From positions 9,984,001 through 10,048,000 of the forward strand of contig NC_087252.1 of NCBI RefSeq assembly GCF_037042905.1: a stretch of 64,000 nucleotides of DNA, written 5' to 3'. Shown one piece after another: positions 1 through 10,530 of the stretch. This stretch comes from Lytechinus pictus (Eukaryota). The first letter of the stretch is position 1, and every line of letters starts with the position of its first letter. Both the position numbers and the translations under genes were made by a program. Under the pieces are notes generated by a model. The model was not told the origin of the DNA and made no database searches. It saw nothing but the letters and a program-made list of their open reading frames with translations.

Positions 1-2642
1 ATGTTAAATGACTTAAAGATTAAAGAAAGTGAAGTAAAACTATCATGTTATGCAGATGATATCGCGATTTGGTTTACTAGCTCAAACTTAGATCTGGTTC
101 GCCAAAAGCTGCAAGAAGCCCTCCATGAAATTGAAATCTGGTGCTGGAGATGAACATTTTATATTTCTCACACAAAGTCTGTAGTTTTAGTTTTTACCAA
201 TAAACAAAAGAAAGATATTACTTTGAAAATAAATGGGCATGTTTTGCCTCATTGTGAGCAGTTTACATTTCTTGGTATGTGGTAAGACTCGAAACTAACT
301 TGGTCTAGCCACATTAATGCGATTATTGATAAATGTGAGAAAATATTAAATTTATTACGTTGCGTTTCGGGTACATCCTGGGGGAATAGGTATGAAATTT
401 TGATGATGATATACAAAGGTCTTATTTGATCTGTTTTAGACTATGGAAGTTAAATGTATGATTCTGCCTGTACATCTCTTAAGAAAAAGCTTGACTCTAT
501 ACAATATAGAGCTATGAAAATCATTACAGGAACGATATACAATGTATCATTAGAGTCTCTACAAGTTTTGACCGGTGAATTACAGTTTTATCTTCGGAGA
601 AAACTGTTTAAAGAGAAATGTCAGTATAGTTGCAGTAAACACTGATTTCATGAGAAAGTCTGTAAAACCAGGCTTAATTGTCAGTATATCATCGAGGATG
701 TAGATCTGGTACAGTCACATAATCTGAACTTTGTGAAATCTTGAAATCTACGCTGAAAAATATTCACACTAAAGATCACCAACACAGATGAGCGCACGTG
801 GGACAGTGTATAATTATTGCTTTGAATGTCGTGCCCGATGCTTGACCCGAATCCTGTGCTTATTTGCTATAAATTTCTCAGCAATTACACAATTTCTTCC
901 AGAATCCTTTGGCACATATTCTTTATTTTAATACAAACAGACACTTTGGTTGTCATTTCAATGGATTCTGTACGAACTAATTTTGATATCGTTACCAAAA
1001 CTGGCATTTACCTTTAATGATACATTTAGATATTAATTGTTGTTTAGCACTTCATGCCATCCAAGTAGAGAAATTTTCATTGAACATACGAACAGACACG
1101 AATGGAAGGAAGGGGAAAGACCTTTCAAACTTCGAGCCTGTAGTGATGAGGTACTTGTAGAGAAGCAAGACAACTTATTAACAAAAATCCCGGAATGGCG
1201 TTTGTCCCGCCCTCCTGTGTCGTTTTATGCTCATCGTATAATTAGAAAAAAGGATATGCTAACGGCCGAGATGAAATATATCGTTCTAGAAAGAATTGGA
1301 ATTGGAATGGTTATTTACATATATATACTGATGGATCCAAACAGGAAAATTTTAGAACGGGGGCAGCATTTTATGTTCCTCAATATAAAATGAAAAAAGT
1401 ATTTCAGGTTATCCAATGTAAGTATCATGAGAGCGGAACTCATGGCCATTTTAATGGCATTTGTCGATGGTTAGACTCCTTTGATAAACCATGTTCAGTT
1501 GTAATTTTTTGCGACTCTTTGTCAGCACTGAATATGACTGATTCATGTTTCATAAAATGCATTATTATTAATGATATTTTATTTAAAACTCATAAACTCA
1601 GTTTGAAAGATATTTGTATTAATGTTGAATGGATTCCCTCACATTGTGATGTTAACAGCAATGAGATCGTCCAAAAAAGCTGCCAAGAAAGGAGCCGCAA
1701 AATTTGTTATAGACATCGTTTTACCAAACACTATAAATGAACTTACATGCTCACGCATGACATTTTATAAAGGTATCTGGCAAGCTGATTGGAATTCGTC
1801 TAGAAATGGTATATTTTTATATGCTATTCATGATAAAGTTTTTAAACAGGCATATAGAAAAGGTTTTTCTCGGAAAGGGGAATGCCTCCTTCATCAAATC
1901 ACAGTAGGTAAGTGCAAATTAAACTATTATTTTTTTTCAAATTAAACATCACTCTTAAGGCCTCTGTGAGGTGTGCAATGTATTTGAGACTATTGAACAT
2001 TATGTTTTATTTTGTTCAAAATATGTAAAGGAGAGACGCATTATGTTCAATAAACTTAAGATGAATGAACCGAATCTTAAACAATTGTTAATTAATCCCG
2101 ATTATACACGGGAACTACTATGTTTTATATATATGCCACTAACCGTTTTGACAGTGAGGTGTGTGTGTGTTTTCTTTTTTCTTTTCTTTTCTTCAAATAC
2201 AAAACACGAAATAAGGATTCATTATTCATATTAATAAGAAACTAAGAAAAGACAAAAAAGAATAAGAAGGACGTGAAATTGTATGTGATTTCACATTTGA
2301 TTTTTTTTTGACGAAGATTGTAAGAAATTCTATGAATATATAACTAGTAGCCGATTAGTTAGCTGGTGTGCCCTTTCCACGAACCTCATTTAGCACGCGC
2401 GATATTTAATTTCTCTATTTGGATTAAAGTGTTATTCCTCGAAGATGTTTAATCTTGTAGGACCTACTAATATAATAGGTGGATGGGTGACTAATCTACA
2501 TTAATATGTCATATAATCGTAACCAATGGTTTGACGTCGTATGGATCGCCTTTGCCGACGACGTCCTACTTACGAAAGCGACTGGCGCGTATAATCTGGA
2601 GAGATTGAAGAGCGCCATCATATTCAACAACAACAACAACAA
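1..2642 (+). mobile_element. Decayed non-LTR retrotransposon, I/Nimb/Loa-like (RT + RNase H + CCHC); 5' part lies outside the window
   Basis: RT motif YADD at 49-60. RNase H motifs IYTDGS (1321-1338), IFCDSLSAL and WIPSHCDV.SNE are spread over frameshifted ORFs. C-terminal CxxC...ETIEHYVLFC knuckle (~1965-2015). 3' end TGGCGC...GCGCCA stem followed by a (CAA)n tail ending ~2642. Many stops and frameshifts. Confidence 0.9.
612..1013. mobile_element. Non-autonomous TTAA-targeting DNA transposon (Kolobok-like MITE) inserted in the LINE
   Basis: TTAA at 608-611 and 1014-1017. Termini AGAGAAATGTCAGT and revcomp AGGTAAATGCCAGT match 11/14. It interrupts LINE coding sequence. Confidence 0.75.
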
Positions 2643-2738
2643 TATAGTTTTCTCTCTATCTCCTTCTGTTTCTTGCCCTCTTTATTAAATCACAGGCGTC
2701 AATGCATGCACATCGTTCTGAAACGATTGCAGTTCTAG

Positions 2739-4753
2739 TCTTCTTCTCCGTCTTCTGCCAAAACCCCCATTCACTTAACACATAGAGTTTGTGAACTCTG
2801 CCCAGGCCACCTTCCTCATCCAAATTCATCCAAATTTAGCAGGCATAGTCCCCAGCACCCTTAGTTGTGCACCGTTTGTTTCATTTCCCAAAATCACTCA
2901 TGCATGACCATCCAGGCGCCATTTTGTAAATTTCAAGTCCATTTGCATACCATTCCTAATCTCGTCGTAACTCCCGCATCCTGCATGCTACAGACTTCTA
3001 ACAAATTGCAGTAGATTGTTTAAGATTTGCCCTTTCATATATGAACTACAATTTGCCCTTTAAAATGCCGTCTTCTTGCTCTAAATTCTAATCGAAAATA
3101 GTCTACGTTCAAAATGTTAATTTTTATTGAAATGCAAATTAGGAAAATCGTAAAACAGCCATAACTTCCTTGTTTTTACTTATTTCCGTCTCATATTTTC
3201 ATGTGTTACTAATGGTATCATCCTCCATAGTTCAACAATTTTTTACGCATCAGTGACTGTTAAATTTACAAATAGCGCCCTCTATTGCAAAGTCAACAAA
3301 TATTTAAATGACAATAACTTTGTTATCATTCATTTCGGTCTTATATTTTCAGGGCTGGCTTAAGACACCATCCTTCATAATCCATTTTCTTTTTACGCAT
3401 CAGTGGCCATTACCTTTTAGAAATAGCGCCCTCTATTGGAAAATCGAAAAAAGTAAAATTACCATAACTTTCTTGTTTCTAATCATTTTGATCTCATATT
3501 TATAGGATTTGATCAAGATATTATCTTTCATAAATCAAACGTTTTTTTACGCATCAGTAACCATTACCTTGATAAATAGCGCCCTCTATTGAAAAATGCA
3601 AAATAGTAAAATGGCCATAATTTCCTTGTTTTCATTTATTTTGGTTTATTATTTTCAGGGTTTGCTAATAATAAGATGTTTTCTAATTCGAATAAGTGAC
3701 CATTACCTTTAGAAATAGCGCCCTCTATTGAAAAGTTGAAAATGTAAAATTGCCATAACTTCCCCGTTTGAATCCATTTTGGTCTCATATTTTAATGGTT
3801 TATTAAAGGTATTAATCTACACGATTCGACAATTTTTTACGCATCAGTGACCATTACATCTAAAAAGCGCCCTCTATTGCAAAGTAAAGAAATATTAAAA
3901 TGGGCATAAGTTCCTTGATTTCATTCATTTCGGTCTCAGATTTTCAGGGTATGTTTATTGTATCAATACTCATAATCTCTTATGTTTTTTTACGCATCAG
4001 TGAACATCGTCTTTAGAAAAGGCGCCCTCTATTGAAAAGTTGAAAAAAGTAAAATGGCCATAACTTCTTTCTTTCTAATCATTTTGGTCTCATATGTTCA
4101 GGGTTTGCCTCTAGTATCGTCCTTCATATTTCAAATGGTTTTCACGCATCAGTGATCACTACCTTATATAAATAGCGCCCTCTATTGAAAAGTCTCAAAA
4201 TGAAAAATGACAATAAATTTGTTGTTATCATTCATTTCGGTCTCTTTTTTAGGGTTTGCTTCTGGTAACATTCTACATAATTCACTTGTTGTTACGCATC
4301 GGTGACCATTATTTTTAGAAATAGCGCCCTCAGTTGCAAAGTCAACAAATAGTTAAATGACAATAACTTTGTTATCATTCATTTCGGTCTTATATTTTCA
4401 GGGCTGGCTAATAATTTCATCCTTCATGATCCATATGTTTTTTACGCATCAGTAACCATTACATTCAGAAATAGCGCCTTCCTTTTGCAAACTAAAGAAA
4501 TTTAAAATGGCCATAACTTCTTTGTTTTCAACCATTTTGGTCTCATATTTTCAGGGTTTGTCAATTGTATCATTACCATAATCCAACTGTGTGTTACACA
4601 TCAGTGACCATTCCTAATAACAGATAGCGCCCTCTGATATTTTGAAAATGTATATCATCTAGATTTTTCTCTCTATATCCTTCTATTTCTTGCCCTCTAT
4701 AAAATCACAGGCGTCAATGCATGCACATCGTTCTGAAACGATTGCAGTTCTAG
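2739..4753 (+). mobile_element. Helitron-like non-autonomous element with internal tandem array
   Basis: Starts TC (2739) and ends CTAG followed by T (4750-4754), with the subterminal hairpin TGCA-c-ATCGTT-ctga-AACGAT-TGCA. A near-identical ~95-bp 3' end also lies immediately upstream (2645-2738). Confidence 0.6.
3150..4640 (+). repeat. Tandem array of ~10 diverged ~150-bp units
   Basis: Core TTTTACGCATCAGTGACCATTACC...AAATAGCGCCCTCTATTG recurs at about 3273, 3424, 3577, 3716, 3866, 4020, 4173, 4322, 4472 and 4625. Confidence 0.95.
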
Positions 4754-4761
4754 TTAGAACT

Positions 4762-5724
4762 CCCAGCAAATGCACTACGTGTTTCAAGCGTGTAGTACGA
4801 ACGGCCAGTGCATTCACTGCGCGTTCAACGTATAGTCCGCGAACAACGGCATGCAGTCACGTGACTGTGACCGCCCATTACGAAAATGAAAGTTTGCAAA
4901 AATGATTCCAAATCAACTTCCAATGATAACGTGACACTCCTGTATGCATGGATTCACTGACCCCTAACCACTATAAAAAACAAATGTGTGAAAGTCCCAT
5001 AAAATAAAGTAGTGGCAGAAAATGTTGTTTTCCGGGAAAATGGCTATCATCCTGAATTACGGCAGGTACATTTTTTATTGGACATAAATAAATATATTCA
5101 TATGAGGGTAAATTGAATGATTAAACCTTTTCTTTATAGCATAATTACGACAAGGGTAATTTTTTTCCACGAAATGGTAACATTTATATTGCTTTTATTA
5201 TTCGGTTGAAGAGCAAATAAGATTCTAGGTTCTATTAGAAAATAGACCTTTGTTTTGTCATCATCCATGAGGGCTGGATGAAAAGTGACGAGGAAGGTGG
5301 TGCTTGGCGCGCTTAAAATTGTACCACATGACCACAGGCTAGACAAACGCCACGCTACCGCTAAGAACACGCAAGAAGGGTATTGGGTGCACTAGAGACC
5401 CGTTTAGCACTCGCTCAACACGCTGCATGTTCGCTGGGAAAGCGTTAAATGCACGTTTCGTGTGCGATATTCGTTCGTCGCCGTACTTGCTACGAATACT
5501 AATCGTACGCCCATCGTATGTCATGCGTTCTTCGAACGTGTACAGTCATGCATCGAGCTTTGCGCAGCTTTTAAGCATGCTTAAAAAATCTCGACGCACA
5601 CAGATAACGTTGGTCTAACGTGCTTAACGCATAATAACGCACATCTAGCGAATGACAACGAATTGGGTGAAAAATTTAATACACTGGCTGTGCGACACGC
5701 GTGTGTGACCAAGCATTTACTGAG
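4762..5724. mobile_element. Putative non-autonomous CMC/EnSpm-type element (CCCAG termini)
   Basis: Left end CCCAGCAAATGC vs revcomp right end CTCAGTAAATGC (10/12), with GC-richer subterminal segments. No clear TSD. Confidence 0.35.
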
Positions 5725-5754
5725 CGCAATGAACTGAATCATATTGTGACGTCA

Positions 5755-6600
5755 CCTCCTCAAGCCGTGCAATGGTATACAAGTAGCGAATAATATACAA
5801 ATAGCGAATAGGCATGAGTGCGATGGTGCGAGATTTCGCATGAGGTGAAAGAAAGATGCTCTATTCAACGAGGCGTTAGACGAGTTGAATAGAGCTTTTC
5901 TTTCTTTCACCGAATGGCGAAATCTTGCACCATTGTACGAATAAGAATATTCGCTATTTGTGTTGTACAACGCCTCGGAATTTAGCGAAAATATTAAAAA
6001 AAAAAAGAGTTTTTCTCTGCAGTAATCTATGAAAAGGGAGCAAAAATATTGAAAGCAAAAAGCAAAATCCCACAAGTGCACATGCTCTTGGGCAGCATTG
6101 CGCATTTAGCCAGCAGGCTTATACGCGTATTGCACTTTCATTTTGACTGATCGCAATGAATTAAATCGAATTGTAACGGCATCTCCTAAAGCCGTGCAAC
6201 TTAACATTTTGGATGGTACGTCTTTTGTGCAACGGTACGGATGTTTGACATTCAGCCTCCCATTTGCTCGCGTACAACAAACTAAGTAGGCGTTGTATAA
6301 TATCTATGCATGAGTACGATGGTGCGAGATTTCGCATGAGGCTAAAGAAAGATGCTTTATTCAACGAGGTGTTAGTCGAGTTTAATAAAGTGTCTCTTTC
6401 ACCGAATGCGAAATCTCGCATGATTGCGCGAATAAGAATATTCGCTGTTTGTGTTGGACAACGCCACGAGTTTTTTACCCTGCAGTAATCTACCAGGGAG
6501 CAAAAATATTAAAAGCGAAAAGTGAAATATGTAAGCTCACATAACCTCGGGCAGCATTGCGCATTAAGCCATCAGGTTTTACGCTTATTTCACCTTTACG
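5755..6600. repeat. Two tandem diverged copies (~400 bp) of a palindrome-centred repeat
   Basis: 5755-6135 aligns to 6183-6595. Each copy contains a ~110-bp imperfect hairpin, ATGGTGCGAGATTTCGCATGAGG...GCGAAATCT(T/C)GCA, at 5823-5933 and ~6319-6428. Confidence 0.85.
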
Positions 6601-9149
6601 CTTATTTCACGACTCGCTTTTGCGTGCGACGGGCTTCTGTGGAAGCCCGTCGCACGCAAAGGCTTAATAATCTTACAAAATATCCGCTTCAAGAAGTACT
6701 TGATCGAACTTCCTAAACGTTAACGAATTATTTTTAGTAGATTTAGATGTGGTAACCATAAACCACCAATTGTCTCCGGTAGATATTCGAATGTTCCACG
6801 GAATATGCGAGTGTGTTCTCTTTGTAATATTAAAGTCATGGGATATGAATTTCATTATTTATTTCAATGCCCCTTTTTCGAAAAAGAAGGGAAACTACTC
6901 AAGAAATATTTTATCAAGAGACGTAGCTCAGCCAAATTAATTGAATCAACTCATTAATACCACCAGTCGCAAAAGTCGTTCAAGGACGTTCCACAGTTAT
7001 GTTTTTGCGCATCATGATCTGCGCATATTTTACACTCTGCGTGCTGACGTCACAATAGATGAACAGCTCGATATGAGTGCAGTATACTGCAGATCCCATG
7101 TGTTATCTTATAAAGCTATTTAGATTATTCTGTGGACCATTTTTTTTAAATAATACCTCAACAATATCAAAATCCTTAACTCTGTAGTGCTGCAAACTAT
7201 GACGAATATGACCATGGGCTTTAATAAATGGAAGAGTGGTTTGGAATTTGTCCTCACACAGATACAAAGCTTTTGGCGCGTTTTGGGGTGTTTTAAAAAG
7301 CACATTTTGTTCCAATAAAAGTGCCGATAGTTTGGAAATAAGCACATGAACCCATATTTGTTAATGTTTGCCCCTCTTAGGTATACCTTCCTCTACAACT
7401 TTGCAAAGGTTGGTGAAAATAACATAGGTTTTGAATAAAATGCAGCATTTTTTGTACTTCTCAAGTTTGTCATTGAAATTTCACATTTTGAGGTTGAGAT
7501 TTTGTTATCTTTCGCGCAATAATTAAGAACTGAGAGTGCTGTTAGACTTAAAAAAAACAATTAATAGCAATATAAATAGATTATACATCTTAAGGATACA
7601 TGGATTTTGACTGAGTACTAGAGCTTTAAACTATTATTCTGTGATCTCGTGAGGTCTAAAAATGCCAAATTCTTTTGAATGCGCAATTCTTAAGAACATC
7701 CATTTAGGTGATGTTTGAAGCTCTATAGCAAAAAATCAAGCAGATGGACCCATGCTATTTTTTTTTCATATTTTGAATAGTCAGGTGCGAAAGTATCTAT
7801 GTGCAAAGTATGATGAAAATGACATGGATCTTCAATGTTTGGGAGCAAGACTACCGAACCATTCGCATTTTAGATGGTATTATCAGACTTTTGCTTGTTT
7901 TCGGCTTATTTGGGCTGTTTCAAGCCAAATCGCAATACTTTAGACACCGATAATTGGAAAACGAGCACACGGACCTCATATTTTTAATATTTTAACGCCT
8001 ACATAATATATTCCTTTGCAAATCTAGAGAGTGTGCTGAAAATTCAATGGATTTTAAATGTTTGGGGGCAAAACTAAGGAACCATCTTATTTTAGACATT
8101 TTGGATAGTATTGCCCGTTTAAGGCACATTTTAGACTGTTTCAGGTCAACTCGCAACAATTTAGACAGGGATAGTTTAAAAACGAGCACATGGACCCCAT
8201 ATTTTTTATGTTTTAACGGCTTTAGAATATATTCCTCTACAAATCAAGAGAGTATGATGAAAATGACATGGATTTTCAATGTTTTGGAACAGAACTACGG
8301 AACCATTGGTATATTAAACACTTTGGTCGGTATTATCAGACTTTTGCACGTTATCGGCGCATTTTGGGCTGTTTCATGTCAAATCGCAACACTTTAGACA
8401 CTATGGCCCGTATTCTGATAGCGTGGTTTAACTTAACCCTAGTCTAAGTGTGGTAATAAACTGCCATATTTAAACCTAGGTTTAAGTTTCGTATTCCGAT
8501 AGCAAGGTTTAAGTTAACCCTGGTCTAAGTGTGGTAATAATTCCTCAAAAAGTTAAACTCGCGCAGGGGGTAGTTTAAGCCTGGTTTAAATCCAACAAAT
8601 CATGGCCAACAATTTTTTTAGAATTTATACCTATTGCATTTCTAGCTACATCCTCAGTTTTTAACCGATTCTCATGAAATTTGGAACACACATTGGTCTC
8701 AAGGTAAAGAGGTGCAAGAAATTATTTTTTTTTGCTTTTTCAGAAATTGTGTTGCCATGGTAACAGTATATTTTGGCCAAAATTTTGCCGTTTAAAATAC
8801 TTCATCAGTTTTCTACCAATTCTCATGAAAGTTGGCTCACACATTGGATTTGAGGAAAAGATGTGCAAGACACATTTTTGTATGTGTCGGAAATTGTGTT
8901 GCCATGGTAACGGTATATTATGGCCAAAATTATGTATAAATCTTGCTGTTCCAACAACTTCCTCACTTTTTAACCAATTCTCATGAAATTTGGCACAGAC
9001 ATTAGTCTTAATGTGGAGATGTGCAAAACATATTCTATGCCTAAAATATATGAAAAAAATTGCGTTGCCATGGTAACAACATATTAAATAACGAAAATTA
9101 GGTGAAAATTTGGTTTTAACTACTTTATAATTTAGAAAGTAAAAAAGGG

Positions 9150-9188
9150 GCCTAAGCTTTCGATCCTAGCAGAATCTTCGTCGGAGGC
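9150..9188 (-). ncRNA. Minimal type I hammerhead ribozyme motif (core variant)
   Basis: Revcomp reads GCCT-CCGACGA-a-GATTCT-gct-AGGATC-GAAA-GC-TT-AGGC. Stem I GCCT/AGGC, 6-bp stem II, palindromic AAGCTT stem III. Core CUGANGA reads CCGACGA. Confidence 0.7.
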
Positions 9189-10080
9189 AAAATGACAAAC
9201 ATATAAAGTGGAACAACTATAATATAGACCACAAACAAGCTACAGCAGCACTAGAAACAAGGAGACAAAAGGGGCATTAGTGAGTTGAGAAGACCAATCG
9301 GGTTAGTGAAGGGGCTGAAAGAAAAGCAGTAGGCAGACACAAAGGAAAGTTAGTGTAAGTAAGGCCAAGAGGGATTAAGATAATGAGGCAGGCAACATCA
9401 AACAGGATCTGGAACAAAACAGTGATAGAGGGATGAATAACTAGAGAATTAGTGAGAGGTGGGTCAAACAGGTTACAAAGAAAGGCATAATAAACTGGTG
9501 CATAAGAGTGGGGGAAAAAAGAAAAAGAATGGGGAACAACTGATAATGTGCAAAAGACATATAAGTATATATGATAAAGCATTAAACAAACTAAGAGAAG
9601 AAGGTAAGTGTAAATATGTATCTATAAGTGATATGTATATAAATATATCCAAAAAAGAAATGTATATGATAAAATATAAATACACATATGGTGTAACTGA
9701 TATTGTAATCCGCTAGGTGTGACGGGAAAAAAACATAGGACTATACAGTAGGAAAAAAATAAACCTGTATATGTGAAAAAGGGGAAGCAAATTGCCTAAA
9801 AAGGTAAAAGCAAACATAGAAGAGAGGGGGTGTATTATGAAGAAACCATAGTATACATGTAAATAAGCAAATGTGGTAAATCTAAAAGAGGTGAGTGGAG
9901 AAAAAAAAATATATATATATAATAATTATTATATCGCCTGAATAAGGAAGGAAAAAATGGAGCTGAGCTTGTATGAGATATGGGAGGAAAGTAGAGGAAG
10001 AAACTATAATGTAACTATTCAAAAGAGCTGAGGGGAAAATGATATGTATATATAAATTGAAAGTGGATAGGAAAGAATAA

Positions 10081-10530
10081 TCAGTCGTTCCCCTCTTGGA
10101 TGTTCAGGCCATGAGGTTGGGTGGTGCGAAATCGTCTCAACCAGAGCTTCTCTCTGCTAGTACGGACTGAGTCAGGACGGGTACCTAAAGATTCGATGCC
10201 CTGTAGCATCATGTCAGTGATGGAGTGGTAAGGGAGGTTAAAATGGCGGCCAACCGGAGTTTCCAGCTTTGCTGTGTTGACGGTGGAGCTGTGCCCGTAG
10301 AATCGTCTCTTGAGTGTGGTTTTGGTTTCCCCTATGTATTGTACCCTACAAACTCTGCAAGTGATGAGATATACAACATTAATAGTGGTAGTGCACGTTA
10401 TGTTGCCCTTGATTTGGTGAGACAGGCTTGTAGAGTTGCTGGTGAAAGTGTCGCCCTCGTGAAAGTGTATTTCACATATGATGCACCTGTTGCTGGTGCA
10501 TTTGAAGGTGCCATGCTGTATGGGAGAAGA
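10081..10530 (-). pseudogene. GIY-YIG endonuclease domain of a Penelope-like element (open frame, no ATG, ~150 aa)
   Basis: Manual translation: ...FKCTSNRCIIC...GNITCTTTINVVYLITCRVCRVQYIGETKTTLKRRFYGH...PVGRHFN...REKLWLRRFRTTQPHGLNIQEGND*. This contains the VVY..YIG, R, E and GLN motifs of PLE endonucleases. Confidence 0.9.

Noticed and set aside
2545..2585. Possible third hammerhead (CCGACGA...GAAA) in the LINE 3' UTR
   Set aside because: Core mismatch, only a 2-3 bp stem II and no proper stem I or cleavage site; better explained as a LINE 3' stem-loop.
3150..4640. Regularly spaced conserved motif resembling a CRISPR array
   Set aside because: The sequence between the motifs is also homologous from unit to unit (a tandem repeat, not unique spacers). 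The period is ~150 bp, there are no cas genes, and the context is eukaryotic.
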